Under the pieces are notes generated by a model. That model searched no databases. It had not been told where the DNA came from and worked only from the letters and a program-made list of their open reading frames with translations. A DNA stretch of 24,203 bases. It comes from an uncultured Clostridia bacterium (GTDB lineage Bacteria; Bacillota; Clostridia; Oscillospirales; CAG-272). The position numbers were made by a program, and so were the translations under genes. The stretch covers positions 1 through 24,203 of the forward strand of contig CAMPBZ010000001.1 of NCBI GenBank assembly GCA_946641795.1. The letters run 5' to 3'. Of this stretch, positions 13,988-23,200 are shown piece after piece (the first letter of the stretch is position 1; each line of letters opens with the position of its first letter).

Positions 13988-16130
13988 ATTGCGGAATGAG
14001 CACTTGATTGAGCAGGTCCTCGGCATATCCCGCAAGCACGCCGAGCGCGGAGGTGTTCGCGTAGAACAGGCCGGTTGCCCGCGTGGGATCGGAGAAGACC
14101 TCGCCGTTGTCGTCCAAGATCAAATTCCCGTCGGCGTCGCGTTCCAGCACTTCCACCGTCATCAGGCATTTCCGGCCGCTCGGCTCGTAGGCGTAAAAGC
14201 GCAGAACAATGTCACTGCGGTTGTTTGCCGACCAGTAGCGGTTGTATTCGCCGGCGTAATCTTCCAGGTGGTAGCGGATTTTGGCAATGCACTTGTCGTC
14301 GGCGGTGTCGGCGGCAATCCATTCCTCCACCGTCATTCCGGTTCCGGCCCGGAACTGCGCGGGGTCAACATCCCCTTCAATTTCGGCCAGGAAGAGCTTA
14401 TACAACAGGCGCTTGAAGTTCTTTACGCCGGTATAGTCCAGCGCCTCTTCGCCCCCGGTATCGGTGGGAGCCAGCGTATGCACCTCGTAATCCAGCTTGT
14501 GGTCGGGGCTATCGTACTGCGGGCAAATCACTTCCAGATTTTCCGAGGAGACGCCGTTCGTCATGTCGGTTTTGCTGTTGTCCAGGTAGAAATCGTACTG
14601 CTTTTCGCCAAAGGAAAGGTGCAGCTCGCGAATGTAGGAAACGTCGGTGGAGAAATAATAGGGGCTGTACCACCGGCTCTGCTCCCATTCGGTAAAGCTG
14701 AAATAGTAGGGATCGACCGCAACAATCATATCGTAGCCCCACTCAAAGATCGAGGCGTCCTCGGTTTCGGCGGGCGCGGGCGAATAGAGGTAGCAGACCT
14801 CGCGCCCCAGCGCCTCGTCGTAGGTCTTTTGGCTGATGAAAATGATGTTTCGCACATAGGGGCCGGAGCCGCTTCCGCCAACGTCGTATTCAAAGGTCAA
14901 ATAGTGGAAGTTTTCGGAAAATCCGTAGGCGGCAAGGTCATCGTAATCGGGCATAAACTTTTTGCAGGCAAAATACTGAATGCGGTACAGCCGGGAGAGA
15001 AGCTCCGAAATTTCCCAATCGTTAATAGAGTACCCCGCCAGCAGTTCCATCTGCTCGGGAATGACGTACGGGTCGGCCTGATAGAGCGTGTACTCGCGCA
15101 GGGAGAGATCCCAGTAGCTGAACGCAGCTACCGCCTGCGAGGCGGCCTGCCCGGCCTCGGCATTGTAGGCGCTGACCTTCCAAAGGAAAAAGTTTTTCAC
15201 CATTGGATAGGTGGTCTCGCCCAGCGGGTAAAAGGCCATTGGCGTTACCAGCGCTTCCACCGGCGAAAGCACCGCGGCAATGCCGGTATCAATGATATAA
15301 ACGGCGTTTTTATCGGCGCGCTTGACGTAGTAACCCGTGCCGCTCACCGTCAGATCGCCCACCAGCACGGTGTAGCTCTGCCCGCCGCTTTGCGCGATGG
15401 TATAGACCGCCGGGGCGTTCTCGCCGTTCGGATCCAGCCCGTAGGCGGCGTAATTGACGCTGCCGTCCTCCCGGCGGGGCGCCGCGGAAGAGGAAAGATC
15501 CAGTTTTTGCAGGGTGACGGTGTAGCCGCAGTTGACGGCAAGGCTGACGTAGGCCTCCCGATCCACGCCGATGACGCTGGAAGCCCATTCTTCCCCGTCC
15601 CAAACCGAAAGAACGGTGCTGCCATCCTGTTTTTCCACGCGGAATTTGCCGGTTTGGTTTTCCACTTGCAGGGAGACCACATCGCTCTCGGCAATGCGCG
15701 GGAACATCAACAGCCGGGTGCTGGCGGCGCCGCTGGGAACTTCGTCGTCCTCAACGTCCACCGCGGCGTAAAGCGCGTACTCGCCGGTGGAGGTGTTGAT
15801 GCGGTACTGGTTGCCGCCCGCCTCGGTATCGTAAACAACATAGGCTTGCCCGTTGGACACATAGTTGTTGTAGCCGTTGTCGGGCGCCGCCTCCATTTTT
15901 TTGCCCTGCTTGTTGTAAAGCGCGTAAAGGCCGGTGGCAGGATCCCGCTTGACGGTGTATTTTACCGTTTGCAGAACGCCGTTTTCATCGGTGTAGGTAT
16001 CTTTGAGCGTGTATCTCTGCACCATACCGGAGGCAACGATTTGCGCCACGATCAGCGCGACGAGCACCACGGCCAGCACAACAGTGGCAACGGTTTGCCG
16101 GCGCAATCCGGTTGTTTGTTTTTCGTTCAT
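13986..16130 (-). CDS. DUF4340-family membrane-anchored protein, 714 aa
   Basis: N-terminal TM, AAYGL...YTVLVGDLTVSGTGYYVK..NAVYII motif, and position downstream of GldG-like genes. Confidence 0.75.
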   Translation of the reverse strand: MNEKQTTGLRRQTVATVVLAVVLVALIVAQIVASGMVQRYTLKDTYTDENGVLQTVKYTVKRDPATGLYALYNKQGKKMEAAPDNGYNNYVSNGQAYVVYDTEAGGNQYRINTSTGEYALYAAVDVEDDEVPSGAASTRLLMFPRIAESDVVSLQVENQTGKFRVEKQDGSTVLSVWDGEEWASSVIGVDREAYVSLAVNCGYTVTLQKLDLSSSAAPRREDGSVNYAAYGLDPNGENAPAVYTIAQSGGQSYTVLVGDLTVSGTGYYVKRADKNAVYIIDTGIAAVLSPVEALVTPMAFYPLGETTYPMVKNFFLWKVSAYNAEAGQAASQAVAAFSYWDLSLREYTLYQADPYVIPEQMELLAGYSINDWEISELLSRLYRIQYFACKKFMPDYDDLAAYGFSENFHYLTFEYDVGGSGSGPYVRNIIFISQKTYDEALGREVCYLYSPAPAETEDASIFEWGYDMIVAVDPYYFSFTEWEQSRWYSPYYFSTDVSYIRELHLSFGEKQYDFYLDNSKTDMTNGVSSENLEVICPQYDSPDHKLDYEVHTLAPTDTGGEEALDYTGVKNFKRLLYKLFLAEIEGDVDPAQFRAGTGMTVEEWIAADTADDKCIAKIRYHLEDYAGEYNRYWSANNRSDIVLRFYAYEPSGRKCLMTVEVLERDADGNLILDDNGEVFSDPTRATGLFYANTSALGVLAGYAEDLLNQVLIPQ

Positions 16131-16154
16131 CGGTGGGGGATCCTCCTTTCTTTG

Positions 16155-17828
16155 TTATCTTGCGCGGCGGCGACGGGCGAGCACAAACACGCCCAGCCCC
16201 AGGGCGACCGCCGCGGGAATGACGGCAAGCACAACCGCCCAGGTGCGGTTGCCGCTCTCGCTGTAATAATCGCTTCCCATTTCGCTTTGGTGGAGCCATT
16301 CGGGCGCAAAGCCGACCGCGCGGGTATCGCGCGACATTCCGCGCATAATCTCCAAAAGCAGGTCGGTGTTTCCGTAGGCGCTGGACCGGAGCAGCTCGTT
16401 GGCGGCAAACTCGATAGAGCCGAACACGCAAACCTTGGAGTTGCGCTCCACCGTAAGCCCCAGGTTACCCTCTTTTTGCGAGTCGTACCGGATGGTGAGC
16501 GTAGCAATGGGATAGTTGCCGCGCGTATCGGTCACGTCCGGCAGAACCTGCCCGTCGCTCCCGACGACTTCGGCATAGGTCATCCGGTCGGCGCCGGCGG
16601 TGCGGAAGATGTTATAAACGGCGCGATATTCGTCGTTCTTTGCGTACTTGCCGAACTCGTAGCGCCCGGTGGTATCGGTGGCAAGCGAAATTTCTTTTTC
16701 GTAAGTGGGGGAGATTTCCAGCGGCATCACGTTCGGGAACACCACCTTGGGGGCGGCGCCCTGCGCGCGCATATTTTTGGTGACCGAGGCGCCGGTGCCG
16801 GCCGTTTCGTAGGCGGCAAGAACCGCCGTTCCGCCGTTGCCGTCCACCGCGTCCATCGGCGAGACGACGCGGTAACTGCCCTGCGCTTCGGTTGGAGTTT
16901 CGGGGTCATAATAGCGTGCAAACCGAACGCCCCACTCCTCCAAAAAGGTTTCCAGGTTGGGCAAAACCGGCGTTTGCGGGCCGGCAAACAGGAACAGCGA
17001 GTTGGCGTTTCGCAAATACACGTCCAGCTTGCCCAGCTCGCCACCCTCGCCCGCAAGGTAGTTGCCGGAGGTAAAGTCGCTCTGCGGGTCAAAAATCAGG
17101 AGCATCCGGCATTCTTCGGGGATCTCCCCGGCGGCAAGGTCCAGGTATTGGATGCGGTAGCCCGCGCCGCGAACCGTTTCCAGCAGGGCGGCGTAGGTGG
17201 TTTCGTCTTCCAGCGGCTCCCCGTGGTTGACGGTAACGCAACAAACCGGCGTTTCCACCCGCGTAATGGCGCGAATGGCTTTGACAAAGGTTTTTTCGCC
17301 GTTGTAGGCCCAGGGTTCGTCCTCCCCTTCGGAATAGGTGTAAAAGCGATCGGTTCCCAGCACGCGGAACTCGGCGCCGCTCGCAACGATAACGTCGGTT
17401 TGGTAGATGCTGGAATAGGAATTGACGCGATAGGCGTCCACCGACGAGGGGTTGGCCCAAACGTCGGTCGTTTTCAGCTCGACGAAAGAGGAAAACTTTT
17501 TTGCAAGCGCGCGGGCCGTGTAGTAAATGTAGCGCGTTTGCTCGTTTTGCACCAGCAGGTCGGCGTCGGCGCAAAACAGAATGGTCACCTTTTCCGCCTC
17601 TCCGCCCTCGGCTTTGTTAAGTTCTCCGGCCTCGGCAACCGTTTGCTTCATCAGGCTGACGGTTTCCTCATTGAGCCGGTACATTGCCTCGTTGGTCAGA
17701 TCCCAAAACAGGAGCCGGCCGCCGAACAGTGCCGAGGCGCCGATATTCAAAAGAATGACCGCGGCAAGCACCGCCGCCGTAATGGCAAGCGCCGTAGCGC
17801 CGCGACGAAATGAAACGGGAATGCGCAT
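16155..17828 (-). CDS. GldG-like ABC auxiliary protein, paralog 2, 557 aa
   Basis: N- and C-terminal TMs, DLT...YRL, CVTVNHGE, IPEEC..LLIFDP.SDF; SD AAAGGAGG. Confidence 0.85.
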   Translation of the reverse strand: MRIPVSFRRGATALAITAAVLAAVILLNIGASALFGGRLLFWDLTNEAMYRLNEETVSLMKQTVAEAGELNKAEGGEAEKVTILFCADADLLVQNEQTRYIYYTARALAKKFSSFVELKTTDVWANPSSVDAYRVNSYSSIYQTDVIVASGAEFRVLGTDRFYTYSEGEDEPWAYNGEKTFVKAIRAITRVETPVCCVTVNHGEPLEDETTYAALLETVRGAGYRIQYLDLAAGEIPEECRMLLIFDPQSDFTSGNYLAGEGGELGKLDVYLRNANSLFLFAGPQTPVLPNLETFLEEWGVRFARYYDPETPTEAQGSYRVVSPMDAVDGNGGTAVLAAYETAGTGASVTKNMRAQGAAPKVVFPNVMPLEISPTYEKEISLATDTTGRYEFGKYAKNDEYRAVYNIFRTAGADRMTYAEVVGSDGQVLPDVTDTRGNYPIATLTIRYDSQKEGNLGLTVERNSKVCVFGSIEFAANELLRSSAYGNTDLLLEIMRGMSRDTRAVGFAPEWLHQSEMGSDYYSESGNRTWAVVLAVIPAAVALGLGVFVLARRRRAR

Positions 17829-17855
17829 CTTCCGCGACCCTCCTTTCACGCAATT

Positions 17856-19394
17856 TTATTTTTGTTTGCGCCGCACCAGTACCGGAACGGCGACCGCCGC
17901 AAGAACGACTGCGGGCGTCAGCACCAAGGCGAGCGTCCAGCCGACGCGCGCGCCGCGGGTCAATCCGTGCATCACCGACGAGGGGAAGGCAACGGCCGGA
18001 AGCCCCTCGGTGTTGGCAAGGCCGCTCGTTTTCCCGGTCAGGCGCAGCATTACGTCGGTGTTTCCGTAGGCGCCCGGCTGCATCCATTCCTCGGTTGCAA
18101 AGTTGACCGAGAAGATGACCGCCACGCGCGAAACGCCCTGCGGGAGCGTTTGCTCGGCATAGGCCATCAGCCCCACCGGGCCGGCGTCCACCGCCTTGCC
18201 GTTGGCCCAGGCCACCGCGCCGGAACCGCTCTCGTAAACCGCGGTGACCCGGCGGTCGCCCTTTTGGTAAACGCCGTTTTCCACGGGAACAAAGCCGGAA
18301 GCGACCCGGAAGCCGCTCGCGTTCTGGAACACGGGGGCGTGGGAAATGCCGCCCGTCAGCTCGCCGGCAAGGCCGGTTTGGTTGGCTTTGCCGAAAATGG
18401 TATAGCCGTCCGAGGTCAGAGAACCCATCTCATCCCGGATCATATAGCGGTAGCTTGCCGCGCCGCTCGCGGCGTAGCAGGGCGCAACGCCCCACTCCGA
18501 AAGATAGGCGTCCAGCTGGGGCAGCGCCGGGGTGCGGTTTTCCAAAAAGACGAGAAGCGAATGCCCGGGAACCGAGAGAAATTCGTCCAAAATCTCTTTT
18601 TCGGAAATATCCGAAACGCCGTTCTTTTCGGCAAGATCGTTGTTGGGGTTAAAGCAAACGATCAGGTTGCATTCTTCCGGAATGACCGACCGGGTCAGAT
18701 CAATGTAATCCAGCCGGTAGCCGGCGTCGTCCAGCAGGTAGAGGATTTCATAATCGTAATAGACCTCGCCGTGGTTGTTGGTCAGGCAGGCCACCGGGTT
18801 TTCGGGAGCGACGGCGCGCAGAATGGCCGAGGTCAGCTTTTTTTCGCCGGCGTAGGCCGTTGGCGAAGAAGCGCCGCTCTCAAATTGGAAAAATTCGTTG
18901 ATCGAGTAGGCGCGGTGGTAGTTGCCCGCGGTAACGATCACGCTGGTTTTTTGCAGGGTGACAGCGCGGGCGGTCTCCTCGCCGGTTTCGGGGTCGATCA
19001 CCGTAGAGGTCAGAAAATCCGAAACGCTTTCAGGGTCTAACAGAATATCGTGATACACCAGCTCAACGCGCTCTTCGCGCGCGGAAAAATCCTTTGCCGT
19101 GGCGTAAAGGTAGGAGGTCAGCGACCCCTTTTCCAACTGTTCGGGCGTATCGCAAAAGCGGATTTGCACGGTGGCGCCCGGCGCGGCGTCCAGCGCCGTT
19201 TTGACCAGGGCGGCCGACTTTTCGCCCACCGGGAAGGTTTGCGCGGGGTGCAGGTCGATCGCCCAGCCGTACCTTGCCGCCAGCGTTCCCACCAGCGTGT
19301 TGGCCAGCAGAACGCAAACGAGCGCCAGAACGGTCAGCAAAACCGAAATCCCGCCGTATTTCCCCCTTCGGTTTTTGAAAAATTGCTTGTTCAT
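17856..19394 (-). CDS. GldG-like ABC auxiliary protein, paralog 1
   Basis: GEKKLTSAILR, CLTNNHGE, IPEECNLIVCFNPNND, with terminal TMs. Confidence 0.85.
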   Translation of the reverse strand: MNKQFFKNRRGKYGGISVLLTVLALVCVLLANTLVGTLAARYGWAIDLHPAQTFPVGEKSAALVKTALDAAPGATVQIRFCDTPEQLEKGSLTSYLYATAKDFSAREERVELVYHDILLDPESVSDFLTSTVIDPETGEETARAVTLQKTSVIVTAGNYHRAYSINEFFQFESGASSPTAYAGEKKLTSAILRAVAPENPVACLTNNHGEVYYDYEILYLLDDAGYRLDYIDLTRSVIPEECNLIVCFNPNNDLAEKNGVSDISEKEILDEFLSVPGHSLLVFLENRTPALPQLDAYLSEWGVAPCYAASGAASYRYMIRDEMGSLTSDGYTIFGKANQTGLAGELTGGISHAPVFQNASGFRVASGFVPVENGVYQKGDRRVTAVYESGSGAVAWANGKAVDAGPVGLMAYAEQTLPQGVSRVAVIFSVNFATEEWMQPGAYGNTDVMLRLTGKTSGLANTEGLPAVAFPSSVMHGLTRGARVGWTLALVLTPAVVLAAVAVPVLVRRKQK

Positions 19395-19412
19395 CTTGCG
19401 CGGCCTTCCCTT

Positions 19413-20186
19413 TCAGCGCCAGCGGCGTTTCTCGTAAACGCGGACGGTTAAAAACAGGAAAACGAACGCAATGGAAAGATAGTAGAAAACGGCGGCAAAA
19501 TCAAAAATGCCGTTGGTAAAGTTGGCAAACCGCCCCAGCACCGAAACCCAGTTGAGCACCGTGCGGATCCAGGCAAAACGGATCCAGGGCTGGCCGTTGG
19601 CGTCGGTGATCTGCGTCAGAAGGCCGATCAGCGTCATCGCGCCGATCACGCCGATGGAAACGACCGCCGCCGAAAGCTGATTTTCGGTAAGCGAGGAGAT
19701 GAAAATGCCCACGGCAATGAGCGCCGCGCCCACCAAAAGCAGGGCGACCACACCGCCGATGATCTCACCCGGCACCGGGCCGATGGTGGAGCGGAGCGTT
19801 TCGGTGGTGTCCGCGCGTTCCGCCGCGGCAATAAAGGAAAGCGGAATGAAATTGAGGCAGGAACCGAGCACGCCGGCGGCATAAACGGTCAGCGCCGCAA
19901 AATACTTGCCCAGCACCATTCCGGTCAGGGTGACCGGCGCCGTCAGGAGCAGCTGCTCGGTGCGCATTTTCTTCTCCTCGGCAAACAGGCGCATCGTCAA
20001 CAGCGGGATCAGCACCGTGAGCGCGGCAACCAAAAAGGTAAAATACCCCGCCGTGCTGTACGTGGCACTGCTCAAAACGGTAAAGTAGAACAGCACCGCC
20101 GAAGCGACCAGAAAAACGCCCAGGTAGATATAGCCGATGGGGTTGATGAAATAGGAACGGAGTTCCTTTTTGTAAATGGCTCTCAT
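19413..20186 (-). CDS. ABC-2 type permease, GldF-like
   Basis: KKELRSYFINPIGY, PLLTMRLFAEEKK..TEQLLLTAP, VLGKY. Confidence 0.92.
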   Translation of the reverse strand: MRAIYKKELRSYFINPIGYIYLGVFLVASAVLFYFTVLSSATYSTAGYFTFLVAALTVLIPLLTMRLFAEEKKMRTEQLLLTAPVTLTGMVLGKYFAALTVYAAGVLGSCLNFIPLSFIAAAERADTTETLRSTIGPVPGEIIGGVVALLLVGAALIAVGIFISSLTENQLSAAVVSIGVIGAMTLIGLLTQITDANGQPWIRFAWIRTVLNWVSVLGRFANFTNGIFDFAAVFYYLSIAFVFLFLTVRVYEKRRWR

Positions 20187-20201
20187 TGCGTTTTCCTTTC
20201 T

Positions 20202-21281
20202 TTAATCTTCGTCGGTTTTGCCGGCGGCGGCTTCCTTGCGGCGGCTGTCGGCCTCCTCATAAAGCGCGGCGCCCAGCGTTTCCTCGGCCGTTTCCTTGCC
20301 GCGGCGCGTTCTGCGCGCGCCCCTGGGCGCGCGTTTGGCTCCGCTTTGCTCGGAGGTTTCCACCACCGAGAGGAACACGTCTTCCAGATCTACGCCGGTG
20401 GCTTCCAGTCCCACCAGCGCCCAGCCGCGCTCGGCGAGCAGATAGAACAGTTTTTTGCGAACGTCCAGCCCCTCGGAGGTTTCCAGAGCGTAAGCGCCGG
20501 CGTCACCGTCCCGCTCGGCCAGCGCCTCGGCGCGGGCAACGCCCGGCATATTTTGGAGCGCCTGCAAAACCGCCGCCTGCGGGCCGCAGATTTTTGCGCG
20601 GAAGCGGCGACTGCCCGAAACCGCCGCGGCAATGCGCTCGGTTTTCTCGTTGGCAACAATGCGCCCCTTGTTGATGATGACGATGCGGTCGCAAACCGCC
20701 TGCACCTCGGAGAGCAGATGGGTGGAGAGCACCACCGTGTGCGCCCGCCCCAGCCCGCGGATCAGGTTGCGGACCTCGATGATCTGTTTGGGGTCCAACC
20801 CCACCGTCGGCTCGTCGAAGATCATCACCTTCGGGTCGCCCACCATTGCCTGGGCAATGCCCACGCGCTGGCGGTAGCCTTTGGAAAGGTGGCGGATCAG
20901 CCGACCCGCAACGTCGCCCAGACGAACGGTATCGCAAACCTCGCGCAGGTGCTTTTCGCGATCCAGGCGGCAGCCTTTCAGATCGTAGCAAAAGTTCAGG
21001 TATTCCCAAACGGTCATATCCGGGTAAAGCGGGGGCTGTTCGGGCAGGTACCCGATCAGCTTTTTGGCGCGCAACGGGTCGCTCAATATATCCACGCCGT
21101 CGATCATCGCCTTGCCGGAGGTGGAGGAAAGGCAGCCGGTTAAAATATTCATCGCCGTGCTTTTCCCGGCGCCGTTCGGGCCGAGAAGCCCGACGATCTC
21201 GCCGGCTTCCACGGTGAAGCTGACGTCGTCCAGCGCGCAGACGGAACCGTAATTTTTGACCAAATGCTCGATCCGTATCAT
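20202..21281 (-). CDS. ABC transporter ATP-binding protein, GldA-like
   Basis: GPNGAGKST, LSKGYRQRVG, FDEPT.GLDP, STH. Confidence 0.96.
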   Translation of the reverse strand: MIRIEHLVKNYGSVCALDDVSFTVEAGEIVGLLGPNGAGKSTAMNILTGCLSSTSGKAMIDGVDILSDPLRAKKLIGYLPEQPPLYPDMTVWEYLNFCYDLKGCRLDREKHLREVCDTVRLGDVAGRLIRHLSKGYRQRVGIAQAMVGDPKVMIFDEPTVGLDPKQIIEVRNLIRGLGRAHTVVLSTHLLSEVQAVCDRIVIINKGRIVANEKTERIAAAVSGSRRFRAKICGPQAAVLQALQNMPGVARAEALAERDGDAGAYALETSEGLDVRKKLFYLLAERGWALVGLEATGVDLEDVFLSVVETSEQSGAKRAPRGARRTRRGKETAEETLGAALYEEADSRRKEAAAGKTDED

Positions 21282-21568
21282 ATCGTTCTCCCTTTTTTGC
21301 GGTTTTTCCGCGCCGCGGCGCGGGCCCGGGTCTTCTGTTATGCTTCCCGTTTTCCGGCCGGATTTTCCGCCGGCGGCAAAAAACGGGAACTCTGCTTTTA
21401 TAAATTCATATTATATCACGCAAATATGAACAGAGCGTGAATGCGGCTTCCTTTTTGCGAAAAAAGCGGCCGGCTTGTATAAATCCGCCCGGAACGGCAA
21501 AAAATGAGATCGGAGACAAAAATCCTTTGCTATCCGAAATTTTTTCATACCGAAAAGGAGCAATCACT

Positions 21569-22345
21569 ATGCCGAAAACCAATCAACAACCCCCGAAAAA
21601 GGACGCGCAGGAAGCCGGATTTATGGAAAAGCTGCGCTCTTTGCGCGTCAACCGCGTGGTCTTTTTGACCGTGATTATCATTCTGGTAACGCTTTCCATC
21701 GTTTTGATGATTACCGCCGTGACCAACCGCGCGCGCCGGCAGGCGGCGCAGAACGTGCTCAACCCGGTTGACGAAACGCCCGCCGACAATACCGGGAAAA
21801 CCGAGCCCGACAAAACCGAGCCGGACCCCGGTAAAACCGACCCCACCCCCGAGCCGCCCAAGCCCACCGTTCCCACCCTCTCGCTGCCGGTGGATAACGG
21901 CACCCTCCTGCAAACGCACAGCGTAGAGGTTCAGGTCTTTTCCCGCACCATGCAGGACTATCGCGTACACGCCGGCATTGACCTTGCCACCGGGGAGGCG
22001 GCGCCCGTTCTTGCCGCCGCCGACGGAACGGTGACCCGCATTTGGGACGACCCGCTGATGGGCAAATGCCTGGCGATCTCGCACGCCGCAAATTCGCAAA
22101 CCATTTATAAAAACCTGGCCGCCGACCTGCCCGAAGGAATTGCCGAAGGCGCCACCGTTCTGCGCGGGCAGCGCATTGGTACCGTTGGCGAGAGCGCGCT
22201 GGCCGAGGTTGCCGAGGAGCCGCACCTGCACCTGGAAATGACGGTAAGCGGCGAGGCGGTGGACCCGTTGGACTACTTTCCCGCCGCGGTGATCTCCTCT
22301 ATTTCCACCGACACCACCTTTGAGGACGTTGACACCGAGAAATAA
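21569..22345 (+). CDS. Membrane-anchored M23 (LytM) peptidase, SpoIIQ-like architecture, 258 aa
   Basis: N-terminal TM, Pro-rich linker, intact HAGID and HLH zinc motifs; SD AAGGAG. Confidence 0.88.
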   Translation: MPKTNQQPPKKDAQEAGFMEKLRSLRVNRVVFLTVIIILVTLSIVLMITAVTNRARRQAAQNVLNPVDETPADNTGKTEPDKTEPDPGKTDPTPEPPKPTVPTLSLPVDNGTLLQTHSVEVQVFSRTMQDYRVHAGIDLATGEAAPVLAAADGTVTRIWDDPLMGKCLAISHAANSQTIYKNLAADLPEGIAEGATVLRGQRIGTVGESALAEVAEEPHLHLEMTVSGEAVDPLDYFPAAVISSISTDTTFEDVDTEK

Positions 22346-22358
22346 ACACCATTCCACC

Positions 22359-22400
22359 GGCAAGCGGATTTTGAAGCCAAAATCCGCTTGCCTTTTCTTT
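22359..22400 (+). terminator. Intrinsic terminator
   Basis: GGCAAGCGGATTTTG-aagc-CAAAATCCGCTTGCC followed by TTTTCTTT. Confidence 0.85.
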
Positions 22401-22433
22401 GCTTTTTTGTGCAAAATATCCCCGAAAAAGGGC

Positions 22434-22462
22434 TTGCAAAAAAGAAAAAAAGGTGCTATAAT
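22434..22462 (+). promoter_or_regulatory. Sigma-A promoter
   Basis: TTGCAA-17-TGcTATAAT. Confidence 0.7.
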
Positions 22463-22502
22463 TGGAACATCTTGCCGATGGATCGGCACAAAGGAGTTTT
22501 TT

Positions 22503-23108
22503 ATGGTAACACAAAATCAAAAAAGAATTGAGGCGCTGGTGGGCACCGCGGTGCTGACCGCGCTGGTGGTGGTGTTGCAGGTGTTTGCCTCCGGCGTAAA
22601 AATCGGGCCGGTCTCCTTCACCTTTTCGCTGGTTCCCATTGTGCTGGGCGCCGTTCTTTACGGGCCGATCTCGGGCGCCTTCCTGGGCGGCGTGTTCGGT
22701 TTGGTGGTCACCATTGCAACCGTGACCGGCGCCGACATTGGCGCTTATATGATGTTTGAAAAGCTCCCGGTGCTCACCGTGGCGCTCTGTATGGTCAAGG
22801 GCATTGCCGCGGGGCTGGTTTCGGGGCTGATCTGCCGCGCGTTTGCCAAGCGCGGACATTCCCTGCCCGGTTTGTTTTTGGCCGCGGTGGCCTGCCCGAT
22901 CGTCAACACCGGCATTTTCGTTGCCGCGCTGTTCGCCTTCTACCGCGACGTTGCCACCGTTTGGATGGGCTCCACCACCTACTCCAACCTGTTTGTTTAC
23001 GTTCTTTTGGGAATTGTAGGCGTCAACTTTTTGGTGGAGCTTGCCGTCAACGTTGTTCTTGCCCCCGGCATTGAGCGCGTGATCTACGCCGTGCGCAAAC
23101 GGCATTAA
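22503..23108 (+). CDS. ECF transporter S component (PanT-like, substrate uncertain), 201 aa
   Basis: About six TMs, TFSLVPIVLGAVLYGP..GA.LG..FG, and C-terminal NFLVELAVNVVLAP.I; SD AAGGAG. Confidence 0.85.
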   Translation: MVTQNQKRIEALVGTAVLTALVVVLQVFASGVKIGPVSFTFSLVPIVLGAVLYGPISGAFLGGVFGLVVTIATVTGADIGAYMMFEKLPVLTVALCMVKGIAAGLVSGLICRAFAKRGHSLPGLFLAAVACPIVNTGIFVAALFAFYRDVATVWMGSTTYSNLFVYVLLGIVGVNFLVELAVNVVLAPGIERVIYAVRKRH

Positions 23109-23118
23109 AAACCATCGA

Positions 23119-23154
23119 CCGCCTTCGCGATCGTTCGCGAAGGCGGCCGTTTTT
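23119..23154 (+). terminator. Intrinsic terminator
   Basis: CCGCCTTCGCGA-tcgt-TCGCGAAGGCGG followed by TTTTT. Confidence 0.8.
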
Positions 23155-23200
23155 GTCTCTTTTTTCAATCTTTCGGAAAGGAGCCTCGGCATTTGGCGAT

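Noticed and set aside
16131-16157. Stop-codon readthrough fusion of GldG-like and DUF4340 genes
   Set aside because: The genes are in frame, but the stop is TAA and the downstream gene has its own strong SD (AAGGAGG).
13989-17813. 1274-aa plus-strand ORF
   Set aside because: It is the antisense shadow of two in-frame GC-rich genes, with no recognisable motifs or SD.
21477-21505. Sigma-F promoter for a spoIIQ-like gene
   Set aside because: GTATA...GGCAAAAAA has a 14-nt spacer rather than about 15, and there is no sporulation gene context, so the spoIIQ symbol was not assigned.
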